Below are positions 1 to 11,048 of a DNA stretch of 64,000 nt, one piece after another. The notes under the pieces are model-generated. The model had not been told where the DNA came from, did no database searches, and saw nothing but the letters and a program-made list of their open reading frames with translations. The DNA comes from Antedon mediterranea. Lineage: Eukaryota; Animalia; Echinodermata. Location of the stretch: assembly GCF_964355755.1 (NCBI RefSeq), contig NC_092674.1, forward strand, positions 20,522,001-20,586,000. Direction: 5' to 3'. The position numbers were made by a program, and so were the translations under genes. Position 1 is the first letter of the stretch. Every line of letters begins with the position of its first letter.

Positions 1-25
1 TTGTCTTAAGTCTCTAGTTGTCCTT

Positions 26-159
26 ATTTTTAGTCGCGTGGATGCGACTCTATAGTTCACTATGTCGGTCGGTCGGTCTGTCGGTCGGTCTGTCGGTCTG
101 TCTGTCGGTCCGGTATCACTATGCGTTTTAGCACGCGACTTATGGCTGTTGGCCTTGTT
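26..159. mobile_element. Short non-autonomous Helentron/DINE-1-like element
   Basis: T-run start, subterminal inverted repeat AGTCGCGTG...CACGCGACT, internal (GTCG/GTCT)n microsatellite, short 3' hairpin then TTGTT. Confidence 0.6.
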
Positions 160-495
160 ATGTTTTGTCTGTAAAGTACGGTAGGTGTTTTAGCTGGAAA
201 TATCAAACGTCTTGGGTATGGAAAGTCAATCCAGCCAAAAACATAATACCATACACTCGATATTTCATTCGTACAAAATTCAAACCATCCAATCTTATCT
301 CATGCAGTTTAATGGAAATTTAAATCATTCACATAATATCTCCATCATCCAATACAATTGTGACTTTCTCCATTAGCCCAAATGATAACACACCAAACTA
401 CTCATAGCACATACCATCTAAGGAATTTTGAACCCAGGCAACGATAAAAGTCTATACTAGAATATGTATGATATATATTTTTTTTCAAATCATAG

Positions 496-1230
496 TTGGT
501 TTTGCAAGTTCTTCAATAAGCAACAGTGACCTCCCAAAGACTAATGTTGGAAACTATTACGGATGTGACAATGTGACTTTTGATGTTTCTGGTGTGAAAC
601 TTGCTCTCAGCAACGTTAAGTTTCAACCGTATGTTCAAGATGTAACAACCAAAGATTTCGGTGAATGTAAGTTATAACGTTATTTTATTTCTTTCCTTAT
701 TGAAGAAAAGAAACAAAGTAACAAGCTGTAAAATACAAAACAAAGTCGAAATTATTATCATTATATAATTATAAAGTCCTAAATAAAATAATGAAAAAAA
801 TGGTGGTTACGAAGGTTACGACCCCAAACAACAAGTAATGTAAAATGGACACAGTACTATCTTTATTAAAGCAAGGAAGTCACAAGCGACTGTTAGGATG
901 ATCCATCAAATTGGTGATTGGTCAATTTACTTACGTCCTTGTGTTGTCACTAGTGGGATCCAAGCTTTTGGAAAAATGTAACACTTTGGTGATGGCACTT
1001 TTTTTTAAAATACATCATTCAATTTTTGTTTTAATACATTCATGTATGTATGTTGTCTTTGTTTTACAGTGCAAGTATGTACAACAAGCAGTGGAATGGG
1101 TGAAGTGGTCGCCATCTTGATCATCATTGCTGTGGCTCTTGTAATTATTGTACCAATTGTGGTAACTATCGTTTTTGTGGTACGGCGCAAGCGCAGGAAT
1201 CGCCAGTTTAATTACCATACACAACAGTGA
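496..1230 (+). CDS. LAMP-like membrane glycoprotein A, last two exons (5' exons outside window)
   Basis: Exon 496-666 (AG/GTAAGT, phase 1-1) encodes the LAMP C-terminal half VGNYYGC...LSNVKFQPY...DFGE. Exon 1070-1230 encodes the final Cys, a TM helix and tail RRKRRNRQFNYHTQQ*. Confidence 0.85.
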
Positions 1231-1529
1231 ATATCTACTTGTTATCGGGCCTACATCAAGTACTCTTGTAAATTTATGCAGTAATATTTATAGACGGGGT
1301 GAGGTGCGTTACCCTCTGCAAAGGTACATGGTCATCAAACAGATTTACATTTATTTTTGTTGTCTTCGTGGATTGTTTCCGTTCCGGTTCTTCTATTCTT
1401 CCTTAAAATGCCCTAATGTAGGCCAACCACTACTTAATATTTTATTTTAAATAGGTGAGACAATACGTCTTTAACCAACAAATTTTGCTAAAATAACTTA
1501 AGCTTTGTTCACACATACTTGTATTTAAG

Positions 1530-1790
1530 GCTCTTTTTATACTATCAAATAGTAGTTTGACGAAAAAGTGTGATGCGCCCAAACATGGTTATGTAGTGAT
1601 ACCCAAATGTGGTGGTGATATGACATCATCATGTCCATATATATGGTCACATCATATATTTTTTGTTAATACAATTTCTTTTTTAATTAAGAAAGTGTAA
1701 TGTGCCCAAATATGGTAGTGATATGGCATCATCATGTCAATGGGCACATCTATTTTTTGGTCACATAACGTTTGATAGTGTAGACAAGCT
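1530..1790. mobile_element. MITE, PIF/Harbinger-like
   Basis: Imperfect TIRs ...ACTATCAAA / TTTGATAGTGTAGACAAGCT with internal CCCAAATATGG repeats; same family at 30220-30352. Confidence 0.5.
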
Positions 1791-2449
1791 GAACCGAATC
1801 ATATCCAGGTACAACTGACTACTAAATTAGCGTGATTGGTTACAACTTTACCTTTGTCCAATATAATTTTTATATGTTTCATACGCGATTTAATTGATTT
1901 TTCATCTGATTACACAACCGGGGTTTGATTCGATGTTTACCCGTTGTAAATCTGTTTGAGCACAAAAAAAGTTGGTTGTATTGGTATAGGCTTATTTTAA
2001 TAGGAGAAAGGAACATGTAAACATGCTTGAAATATCTATAAATGCTAAATAAAAAAAGAAGATAGATAAGTCAAGTTGAACACATTCAATTTTTGCGCGC
2101 CAAAACATTGTATGTTTGTGACTGCTGTGTAATATTATATAACATGATGTATATTTAGTGAAATAGTATATTAAATATATTATAATTATTATATAAAGAT
2201 TCATTGATATTGTGAAGAATATAATTTTTTTAAAGAGATAAACGGTATTTCATTTTGTTTAGTAGTTTTAATTGGAAACTTTTTTATAGGCCTATAATAA
2301 TATTATTTTTTTTTACAATTTCAAATAAATACTTAAACTAAGAATAAATTGATTTAGAATTGCATTTTAGCTTGGTGTTTCATGGGTTACTTTATTGTTT
2401 ACTGTTGACTATTTACTGTAGTATATTCCATGATGCACTCGATTTATCA

Positions 2450-2990
2450 TTATTATTACTTTTTTGTTATTAAGAGCGTTATTTACATAGCGCTTTACAC
2501 TTACAAAATGTTACAAAGAACATCAAAAGCAAAATAATACCCACAATAAACAATACAGGTCCTCCACAGGAGGCGTTACCATGGCTATTCAGGCAATTCG
2601 ATTAGGAGATGTAATTTTATTTTTTTTCTTAAAGAATAGAGTGTTGGTGATTGACGAAAATTGCTTGAGTTATTCAAGAGTTGTCCATATTTTGAAAAGG
2701 ATTTATCACCAGAGGTGGTAGTGACGCGTGGAACATAGAGCATGGTAACATCAGCGAAGACCACTTCTATCTGGTTCATACCTAATGAGAAAATCTTTGA
2801 TAAACAGAGGTGCAACACCGCTTATACATTTGTAAACGCCCACATTTTTAACAACCTTAGATGGGGTGTGATAATGACATCTACCACGTCGAGTGAAGTG
2901 GTGGTGAGAACAGAATTTGGGTGTTGTCAGTGTAAAGATGAAACAATACACCAGCATTCCATAAAATATCTGTGATTGCCGTGTACGCAG
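2450..2990 (-). mobile_element. Degraded L2 LINE 3' remnant
   Basis: Minus-strand peptides VYKCISGVAPLFIKD...RYEPDRSGLR and TMLYVPRVTTTSGDKSFS...RQSPTL resemble the L2 ORF2 C-terminus; GCGCTATGTAAAT tail then (TAA)n. Confidence 0.65.
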
Positions 2991-3253
2991 TTAAAAGGGA
3001 CGGACTTAACTTATAACCAAACATTGGTTGGTTTTCAGGTACCTTATAGTTACCCCTACCAACACGTTAATTTCACCCCATCTCACCCATGAACTAGACT
3101 AAATTTTATCAAAACATAGTGGTATGTGAGTACATATGAACAAATCAAAATTGACAAAATATCAGGTAGGAACGGTCTGTCAGACCCTCTTAAAGTGACT
3201 CCGTTCACGTTAATTGCAGCACACGTCATCCATACCAAATCGGTAAAAACATA

Positions 3254-6200
3254 TAGACATGTTCTATTTCCTCTGAAATATGGTGTAAGAAGCATTTTTG
3301 GGTAGAAGCTGGGATCCACTTGATTTAGGATATTTCAACCTCGCTGATTACGAATATGGCGGATCCCAAGCGAAATTCGGCCATCTAAGCCCTTAATTTG
3401 CATAATTAAAAATGGCGGCCATTTTTTATAATTACCCTATATCTCGAGAACCACTAGTCACAGATAATTAATTTTGGTCTCAAAATGTTTTAAATATATG
3501 TTTTTATATTCACTTTAATGACACACTTTCTCAAAAAATGGATGCAAGTCTTATTTCTGACATTTTGACCTTTGACCTTTATTTATCGTATCGCAGTAAC
3601 CAATAATCGGAGAGACACGAAATAGGGCTCAAATTGTTCAGAAACTATACATTCATATTTATTGTAATTAAATGTTTTTACAAAAAATGGCCGATTCTAC
3701 AACTATTGACCTTTGAACTATTAGTCAAATATAATAATATAATAATAATATAACTTTGAAAATTGTGGTCTTATGATTTTTTTTTTCTTTTTAAATTGTT
3801 TAAAACATGTGTGTTTCTATCCAGTCTAATGGCACATTTTGTACAAGAATGGCCGATAGTATGGTTATTGACCTTTACAGCATAGGCCTACTGTATACTA
3901 AATATAATATAATTGCATAATTATGAAATTATTTATACACAATAATAATTAGTAAAATTATAAAATTCACTGCCATCAAATATGATGTGTTATGATTTAT
4001 ATAGATTTAGAAAAAAATTTGAACACGCAAGTTACATTTGTTGAAATTTGAAATTTGAAATTACCTGCCATCAATATGATGGGAGTATGATTATAGATTT
4101 TTTTAAATGTGAACATGTCAACTACATTTGGAAATTACCTGCTAACAATTTGATGGATTATGATTATAGATTTAAAAAAGAATTTGAACATGTAAGCTAC
4201 ATTTGAAAATTACCTGCCATCAATATGATGGATTATGATTATAGATTTAAAAAAGAATTTGAACACGTCAGCTACATTTGGAAATTTGGAAATTACCTGC
4301 CATCAATATGATGGATTATGATTGTATAGGTTTGAAAGAAAATGTGAACACGTAAGCTACATTTGGAATGAACATGTTAAGGGCATCAGTTTAAGATCAT
4401 TCATGCAAAGGTTTCCGTCATCTTTGTTAGCGTTGTTACAGCAGCATAAAGCTGTACATGGTAGTTTTGACTTCTTGCACCTACATCTATATGGTTATGC
4501 ATCGTGTCTTGCATCCACAATAAATCATCTCTAACGAAGCAGTAGGAATAGCTTCATTTTTCAGAAGCACTGGTTGAAGTTTACCATTAGATAGCTCCCA
4601 ACCAAAATCTGTTGGTGATGGCAAATGCTGGATTGGCGATACAGCTTTTTTTCAATACGAGTGCTTGGAAGTGTGCTCTTTTTATATGCTGGTGCACTGC
4701 ATCGCTTGTTAGAGGTAATGCCTCTGGTTTTGTTTTTTTTTAACATGGCATGCCTAAATTAAAACTCGATAAAGGACACCACTAGACAAAGATGAACCAA
4801 ATAAAATATGAAATACCGCTGCCAAATTGCTGGTCAAACTTTTTGGCATTACAAGATAATAAAGCAGATTTGGCACGATTACTATCAGAGGAGTTGATTC
4901 GTCAAGCTCCTATAGACAAAGAAATTGTCACAGCTGGTGGATTTATGAAAGAATCAGTTGTTAAATCATCAAAAGTCTACACGAATACGTTGTCTCTGGT
5001 CGCAGATCATGAAGAATCGGACACGAGACTTGTCATGCTGCCAATGTCCGATACGACACAGTTGTAGTTGCTTCTAGGGATACAGACGTACTAGTGATTC
5101 TAGTGTCTCACTACCAAAGCATGGTATCCAAATGGATGATGACAGAGACATCCAAAAAAAGAAAGTATCTATGATATAAAAGACATTTTTCAAGCCTTGC
5201 CCGAGGGTTATGCAAAAGCACTGATTCCATTCCACACTATTAGTGGATGCGATACTACCTCATATCCAGGGAAGAGTTAAATTACATTAATACATACATA
5301 CAGTAATTTAACTCTTCCCTGTTCATATCTAAGTGGTCACTCAAAGGCATCGGCATGGGAAGTATTAACAAAAAAAATATGAACTAATTAAAGACCTGGG
5401 AGAAAACCTATCAGTGACCAAGTTATTATGAAATCGGAAAGATTCATTTGCTACGTTTACGGTGTTGGTCAAGTTAAGAGTACCAATGAAGTTAGGCTTT
5501 TAAAAAAAAAACCCCAGAGGCATTACCTCCAACAAGCGATGCAGTGCACCAACATATAAAAAGAGCACACTTCCAAGCACTCGTATGGAAAAAAGCTGTA
5601 TCGCCAATCCAGCATTTGCCATCACCAACAGATTTTGGTTGGGAGCTATCTAATGGTAAACTTCAACCAGTGCTTCTGAAAAATGAAGCTATTCCTACTG
5701 GTTCGTTAGAGATGATTTATTGTGGATGCAAGACACGATGCATAACCAATAGATGTAGGTGCAAGAAGTCAAAACTACCATGTACAGCTTTATGCCGCTG
5801 TAAACAACGCTAAAGATGACGGAAACCTTTGCATGAATGATCTTAAACTGATGCCCTTAACATGTTCATTCCAAATGTAGCTTACGTGTTCACATTTTCT
5901 TTTAAATCTATCAATCATAATCCATCATATTGATGGCAGGTAATTTTCAAATGTAGCTTACGTGTTCAAATTCTTTTTTAAATCTATAATCATAATCCAT
6001 CATATTGATGGCAGGTACTATACAATCATAATCCATCATATTGATGGCAGGTAATTTCCAAATTTCCAAATGTAGCTGATGTGTTCAAATTCTTTTTTAA
6101 ATCTATAATCATAATCCATCATATTGATGGCAGGTAATTTCCAAATTTCCAAATGTAGCTGACGTGTTCAAATTCTTTTTTAAATCTATAATCATAATCC

Positions 6201-7062
6201 ATCATATTGATGGCAGGTAATTTTCAAATGTAGCTTACGTGTTCAAATTCTTTTTAAAAAGCTATAATCATACTCCATCATATTGATGGCAGGTAATTTC
6301 AAATTTCAAATTTCAACAAATGTAACTTGCGTGTTCAAATTTTTTTTAAATCTATATAAAATTATTATTGTGTATAGATAATTTCATAGTTAGGCAATTA
6401 TATTATATTTAGTATACAGTAGGCCTATGCTGTAGTTTAAAGGTCAATAACCATACTATCGGCCATTCTTGTACAAAATGTGCCATTAGACTGGATAGAA
6501 ACACACATGTTTTAAACAATTTAAAAAGAAAAAAAAATTCATAAGACCACAATTTTCAAAATTATATTATTATTATATTATTATATTTGACTAATAGTTC
6601 AAAGGTCAATAGTTGTAGAATCGGCCATTTTTTGTAAAAACATTTCATTATAATAAATATGAATGTATAGTTTCTGAACAATTTGAGCCCTATTTCGATT
6701 ATTGGTTACTGAGATACGATAAATAAAGGTCAAAGGTCAAAATGTCAGAAATAAGACTTGCATCCATTTTTTGAGAAAATGTGTCATTAAAGTGAATTTA
6801 AAAACATATATTTAAAACATTTTGAGACCAAAATTAATTATCTGTGACTAGTGGTTCTTGAAATATAGGGTAATTATAAAAAATGGCCGCCATTTTTAAT
6901 TATGCAAATTAAGGGCTTAGATGGCCGAATTTCGCTTGGGATCCGCCATATTCGTAATCAGCGAGGTCGAAATATCCTAAATCAAGTGGATCCCAGCTTC
7001 TACCCAAAAATGCCTCTTGATTCGTTTTCTAGGCCGTTTTTTTGAGAAATGGAACCTGTCTA
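3254..7062 (+). mobile_element. Academ DNA transposon, internally deleted foldback derivative
   Basis: TAG...CTA ends with 3-bp TSD ATA. Transposase remnants at 4792-5813 (NKADLARLL, DHEESDTR, GCDTTS, LPPT..HIKRAHFQALVWK..GW..CGCK..C..RC.C.K..L.CT..C.C). Inverted arms of ~1.45 kb with a ~60-bp minisatellite. Confidence 0.85.
5267..5321. mobile_element. 55-bp mini hAT-like insertion inside the Academ transposase
   Basis: 19-bp TIR CAGGGAAGAGTTAAATTAC; 8-bp TSD CTCATATC/TTCATATC; removal restores the frame GCDTTSYLSGHSK. Confidence 0.75.
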
Positions 7063-7764
7063 ATAGAAGTATAGTACATATATTAAATACCAAAAAGTCA
7101 GACATGAACAAAATAAGGCTGTAAAGGTCATGTCAGAATCTCTTACAGTTCCATTCCTTTCTACCCCGGCGCATCTCACTTATATTCCGGTTTTACACAA
7201 TTTTTCAATCTATCCTTTTTAGAAATATTTTTGTTTAACAATCAGTAGTAAACATTTTGTGTAAATATAGTCTGGCCTACTGTACAAAACAAAAATATAA
7301 GAAGCATTTAGTCAGATGTTTGTCACAAATTATGAATTTTTATGAACACTACAGAAAAACATGCTATGGTTTCATGTGTAGACGAAAGTTGGTCAATACT
7401 GTTTAGTACAGGAAAGATATGCTCAGAATCAGTAAAAGGTTTAAAAAATTGCAACAGAATTTTTTTCACCACAATGCATTTCTATAAGGTCCTTATATGA
7501 ACATACTAAAAGTCTAGAAAAATCCAGGTAGGGGAAATAGGTTTTTTTAAACAAAATGGCCGTCAATGGCAAAAAATGTCTAAAAATGAACAAAAAACAT
7601 ATATTGTATATCTAATTACCACTTGATAGCAGTTTTTATAATGCTTTTTATATTTCTTTACTGTCAAACATTTAAACTGCAATATACATATTAATTTAAG
7701 TGCTATTTAGCAGCAAAAACACACATTTTAAGTATCAAGATATCACCACGGTTATAATAATAGA

Positions 7765-10050
7765 CAACGTAGGCCTATGCATCATAATGCAGGGCTACGG
7801 TGTCTAATAAAACAGTTCATTTACATTTGTACTGTCACAACAATAGAATTATACAATCTTACAATCTATTAATCCATTCATTTTCATTGTCCAGTTATCA
7901 TCCTCTGTCTATAGGTAGGAATTAAGCATGTGATGATGCTGTGGTATTTTTTACAAACGGTGGTACTCGTGGTAAATTTGTCGTCAATGGACACATCACG
8001 CCATTTGTAACTTTCCATCCCCTAGTCTGTGGGTTGAAGAGTATTTTCTATCCACTGCTGTACCATGGTAATAGACATGCAGCATTTGTTGTTGGGGGAA
8101 TAGACTTTATTTCAAGTGCTGTTTTGCTTTTTGCTACTTTCTCCCTGAACGTATTCCTCCATACAGTATATAGCTACCAATGCCAATTCCTCTGATGCGA
8201 TGGTTTCTTTCTTTTTTTTTTTGGAGACGTTTGGTTTTACAGAGTTTGTAAGCATACTACTGCCCAGGTGTTATGACTTTTTAAGACTAACACCTTTTCC
8301 TATACCAAATAGATGGGATGTAGTATCACATCCCTGAATTCCATGTATAAAAAGCAAATTGATTTTTACAGAGCTTCACACCAAGGAAAGACTTTACATG
8401 CATTCACAGTGCTCCCTCATCGAGAACATACGGTTAAATCAATGAATGAAGCAACCGTGACAGAATATTAATTTAAGAGGAAAGAACATAATAATTATTA
8501 CACATGGGTCAAAATCAACCATATTCATCAATAGAGAAGCAGTGCACATTCCCTCACATATACTATTTCATCATTGATGGCTATGTGAGACAGTCATACA
8601 CAATGCATCATTTGTTGAAAAAGAACCTTGTACTTTTCCTGCAGCCCTCTTTTACTCCATTGACTCCATACACACTGCTAGACTACTCAGAAACCTTCAT
8701 CTCACTGCCCAATGTATGTTATCAATGGGGGAGCACTGCTACATCAAACCTCTTGGACCGAAACAGCAACATTTCAAGACATTTATTATGTACCATGTAT
8801 GTTTGTTACTTTATGTGAAGGCAAAGTAAACTCTTGTGTTTAATGGCTATAATTATGGGCCGTAAGTAAATTTGGTTTAGGAAAAGGTGTTGGTCTTAAA
8901 AATCATCACATCACAGTTGGAGTTGTATGTCAAATCCTGTAAACCAAACGGTTTCCAAAAAAAAAAAGAAAACATTGCATCAGGAATTTGACATTGGTAG
9001 CTACCGTATATATGGAGGGAAGTCAATGGGGACTTTAGACAGCCTACTTTTCTTTGAGAAAGTTGCAAAAAGCAAATCTATTCCCTTGCTGCAAAATTCC
9101 ATTTCGTGAGTCTTTATTACCAGGTATTATAGCATTAGATAGAAAATACTCTTCAACCCACAGACTAGGGATGGAAAGTATTGATGACAAATACTACCAG
9201 CACCAGAGAAACTATTAAAGTTGATTAGATGTACCTGTAAATAAGGTTGTAGTAAAATGAATTGCAGTTGCAGAATATGGTTTTGACTGCTGCTCCACTA
9301 TTTTTTAAGAATGCCACGGCATCAGCACATGCTCAATTCCCTACCAATAGATGGAAGATGAGATACTGACAAGATGAAAGTGAAATTACCGCATTTATTT
9401 GAATAAATGCCCTTGGTGGTTGATTTTTAAGGAGGGTAGTGGGGGCGTGTAATCGTCGTGAGGAGTTTATTCGAGGAAATAAATTCAAAATGATGTCCAA
9501 TGGGGGCGGGGGACACGGGTGCAGTGGCGTAGATTATTCCAAATGATGTCCTATGGGGGGGGGGGGGGCGTTTATTCGATTTTTCTAAATGTAGCATTTA
9601 TCCGAATAAATACGGTAATAGATTGTAGTCCAGTGATGGGGCAAGGATTTTCCCGATGAGAGGAGGGGGGGGGGGGGGAGAGCGCAGCTAGCATCAATTG
9701 GCTGGGCCATCAATTGGAGGGCACCCAGAAGTTCTGACAATATTATACTGGTAAAGGGTAGTTTTAGCCACTTTTAAAAATGAAAATCCTTGAAACAGCA
9801 CTCAATGGGGTATTGTTTTATATTAGGAAATATCATCATATCGTCTACATATACTCCCGAAAATAGCCAATTGGGGAGAGGGGATGGGGGAGGGGACAGA
9901 CTCCCTCACCCTTCCCATGATCTCCTATCCCTATACCCCTCCCCACTGGCACCACCAATGTTGTAATATATTGTTATAACAGTACAAATGTAAATTAACT
10001 GATTTATTATTAGACACCGTAATCCTATGCATTAAGCATAGGAAGGACTG
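7765..10050. mobile_element. Older degenerate foldback element with Academ-like C-terminal remnants
   Basis: 7767-7860 is an inverted match to 9960-10045, and 7905-8075 to 9110-9355. The latter reads ENTLQPTD*GWKV...NCSC, resembling the P..GW...CxC tail. Ends and TSD not resolved. Confidence 0.45.
9388..9617. mobile_element. MITE, Tc1/pogo-like
   Basis: TIRs TACCGCATTTATTTGAATAAATGC / GCATTTATCCGAATAAATACGGTA, TA at both ends. Confidence 0.55.
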
Positions 10051-11048
10051 CGTTTATATATTATAACAATAGGGATATATCTATAAGATACTTAAACATT
10101 TGTTTTTCGGCCATTTTCTAATTAACAGCACTTGGAGGATTAGCAATTGTAAATGCACGCCGTAGTCGGATCTGTAAGAACATTTTGAAAAATAGGTCCC
10201 CGGAAATTGCAATTATACATTGATACTCTGAACGAATTTACAAGTCTACAGAACCAGACAACCGTGGTTGGAATGGAGAAAAATAGAGTTGGAGGTCTCT
10301 GAAATGGGACTTTTTATACTTCAAAACATGAAACAAAATATTATGGTTGTGACTGAGCTAACTGTTAGGTCCCAGAAAATGCACTTATTACTTCAAAATA
10401 TTACCAGCTTTATGGTTGGGGCTGAGATAAGACAATTTTGAACACTAGGATGCAGATCTTTAAAAATTGCATCTTAAACTTTGGAAACATCAGGCATAGA
10501 GGCTTAAGAAAGTGGCCCTTGTTGCCTTTATTTGGGGAGGGGTGGGGGGTGAGTCCGCAGGCCATTTTCAGTCGGAGAAATCAATTTATAGGCCTACCTC
10601 CTAAGTGTATGCGTACGTACCATCTGGACCTCCGAGTGGTAAGAAGTTCATGGCATAAAGGACATTGAAAAAGCGAAAATGGCGTGTTTTTTGTTTAGTA
10701 ATGTATGAAATATTTATTTTAGTTTATTTTTAGGTCTAATAAATACAAATATCTATGATAACAGATAACGATTACAGTTTTAAAAGTGGACCATTACCAT
10801 GACAAATCAAACTAATATGTATGTTTACAGTGACAATGTTGCTCGTGTACTTAATTACCGCGCAACGCGTTCATCGCGTCGCATGGTAGCATGATTGCGC
10901 GCTAGGTACCCAGCACAACAGCTATAGCAACGTTCCAACACAAATCATCTGCAGCTTGATATATCAACTGTGTATGAAATACTGAGCGATAAATTCCGAA
11001 GTGTCTTCGTAACTATTATCAATTTATTGAAGCTATTGCGTAAATACA

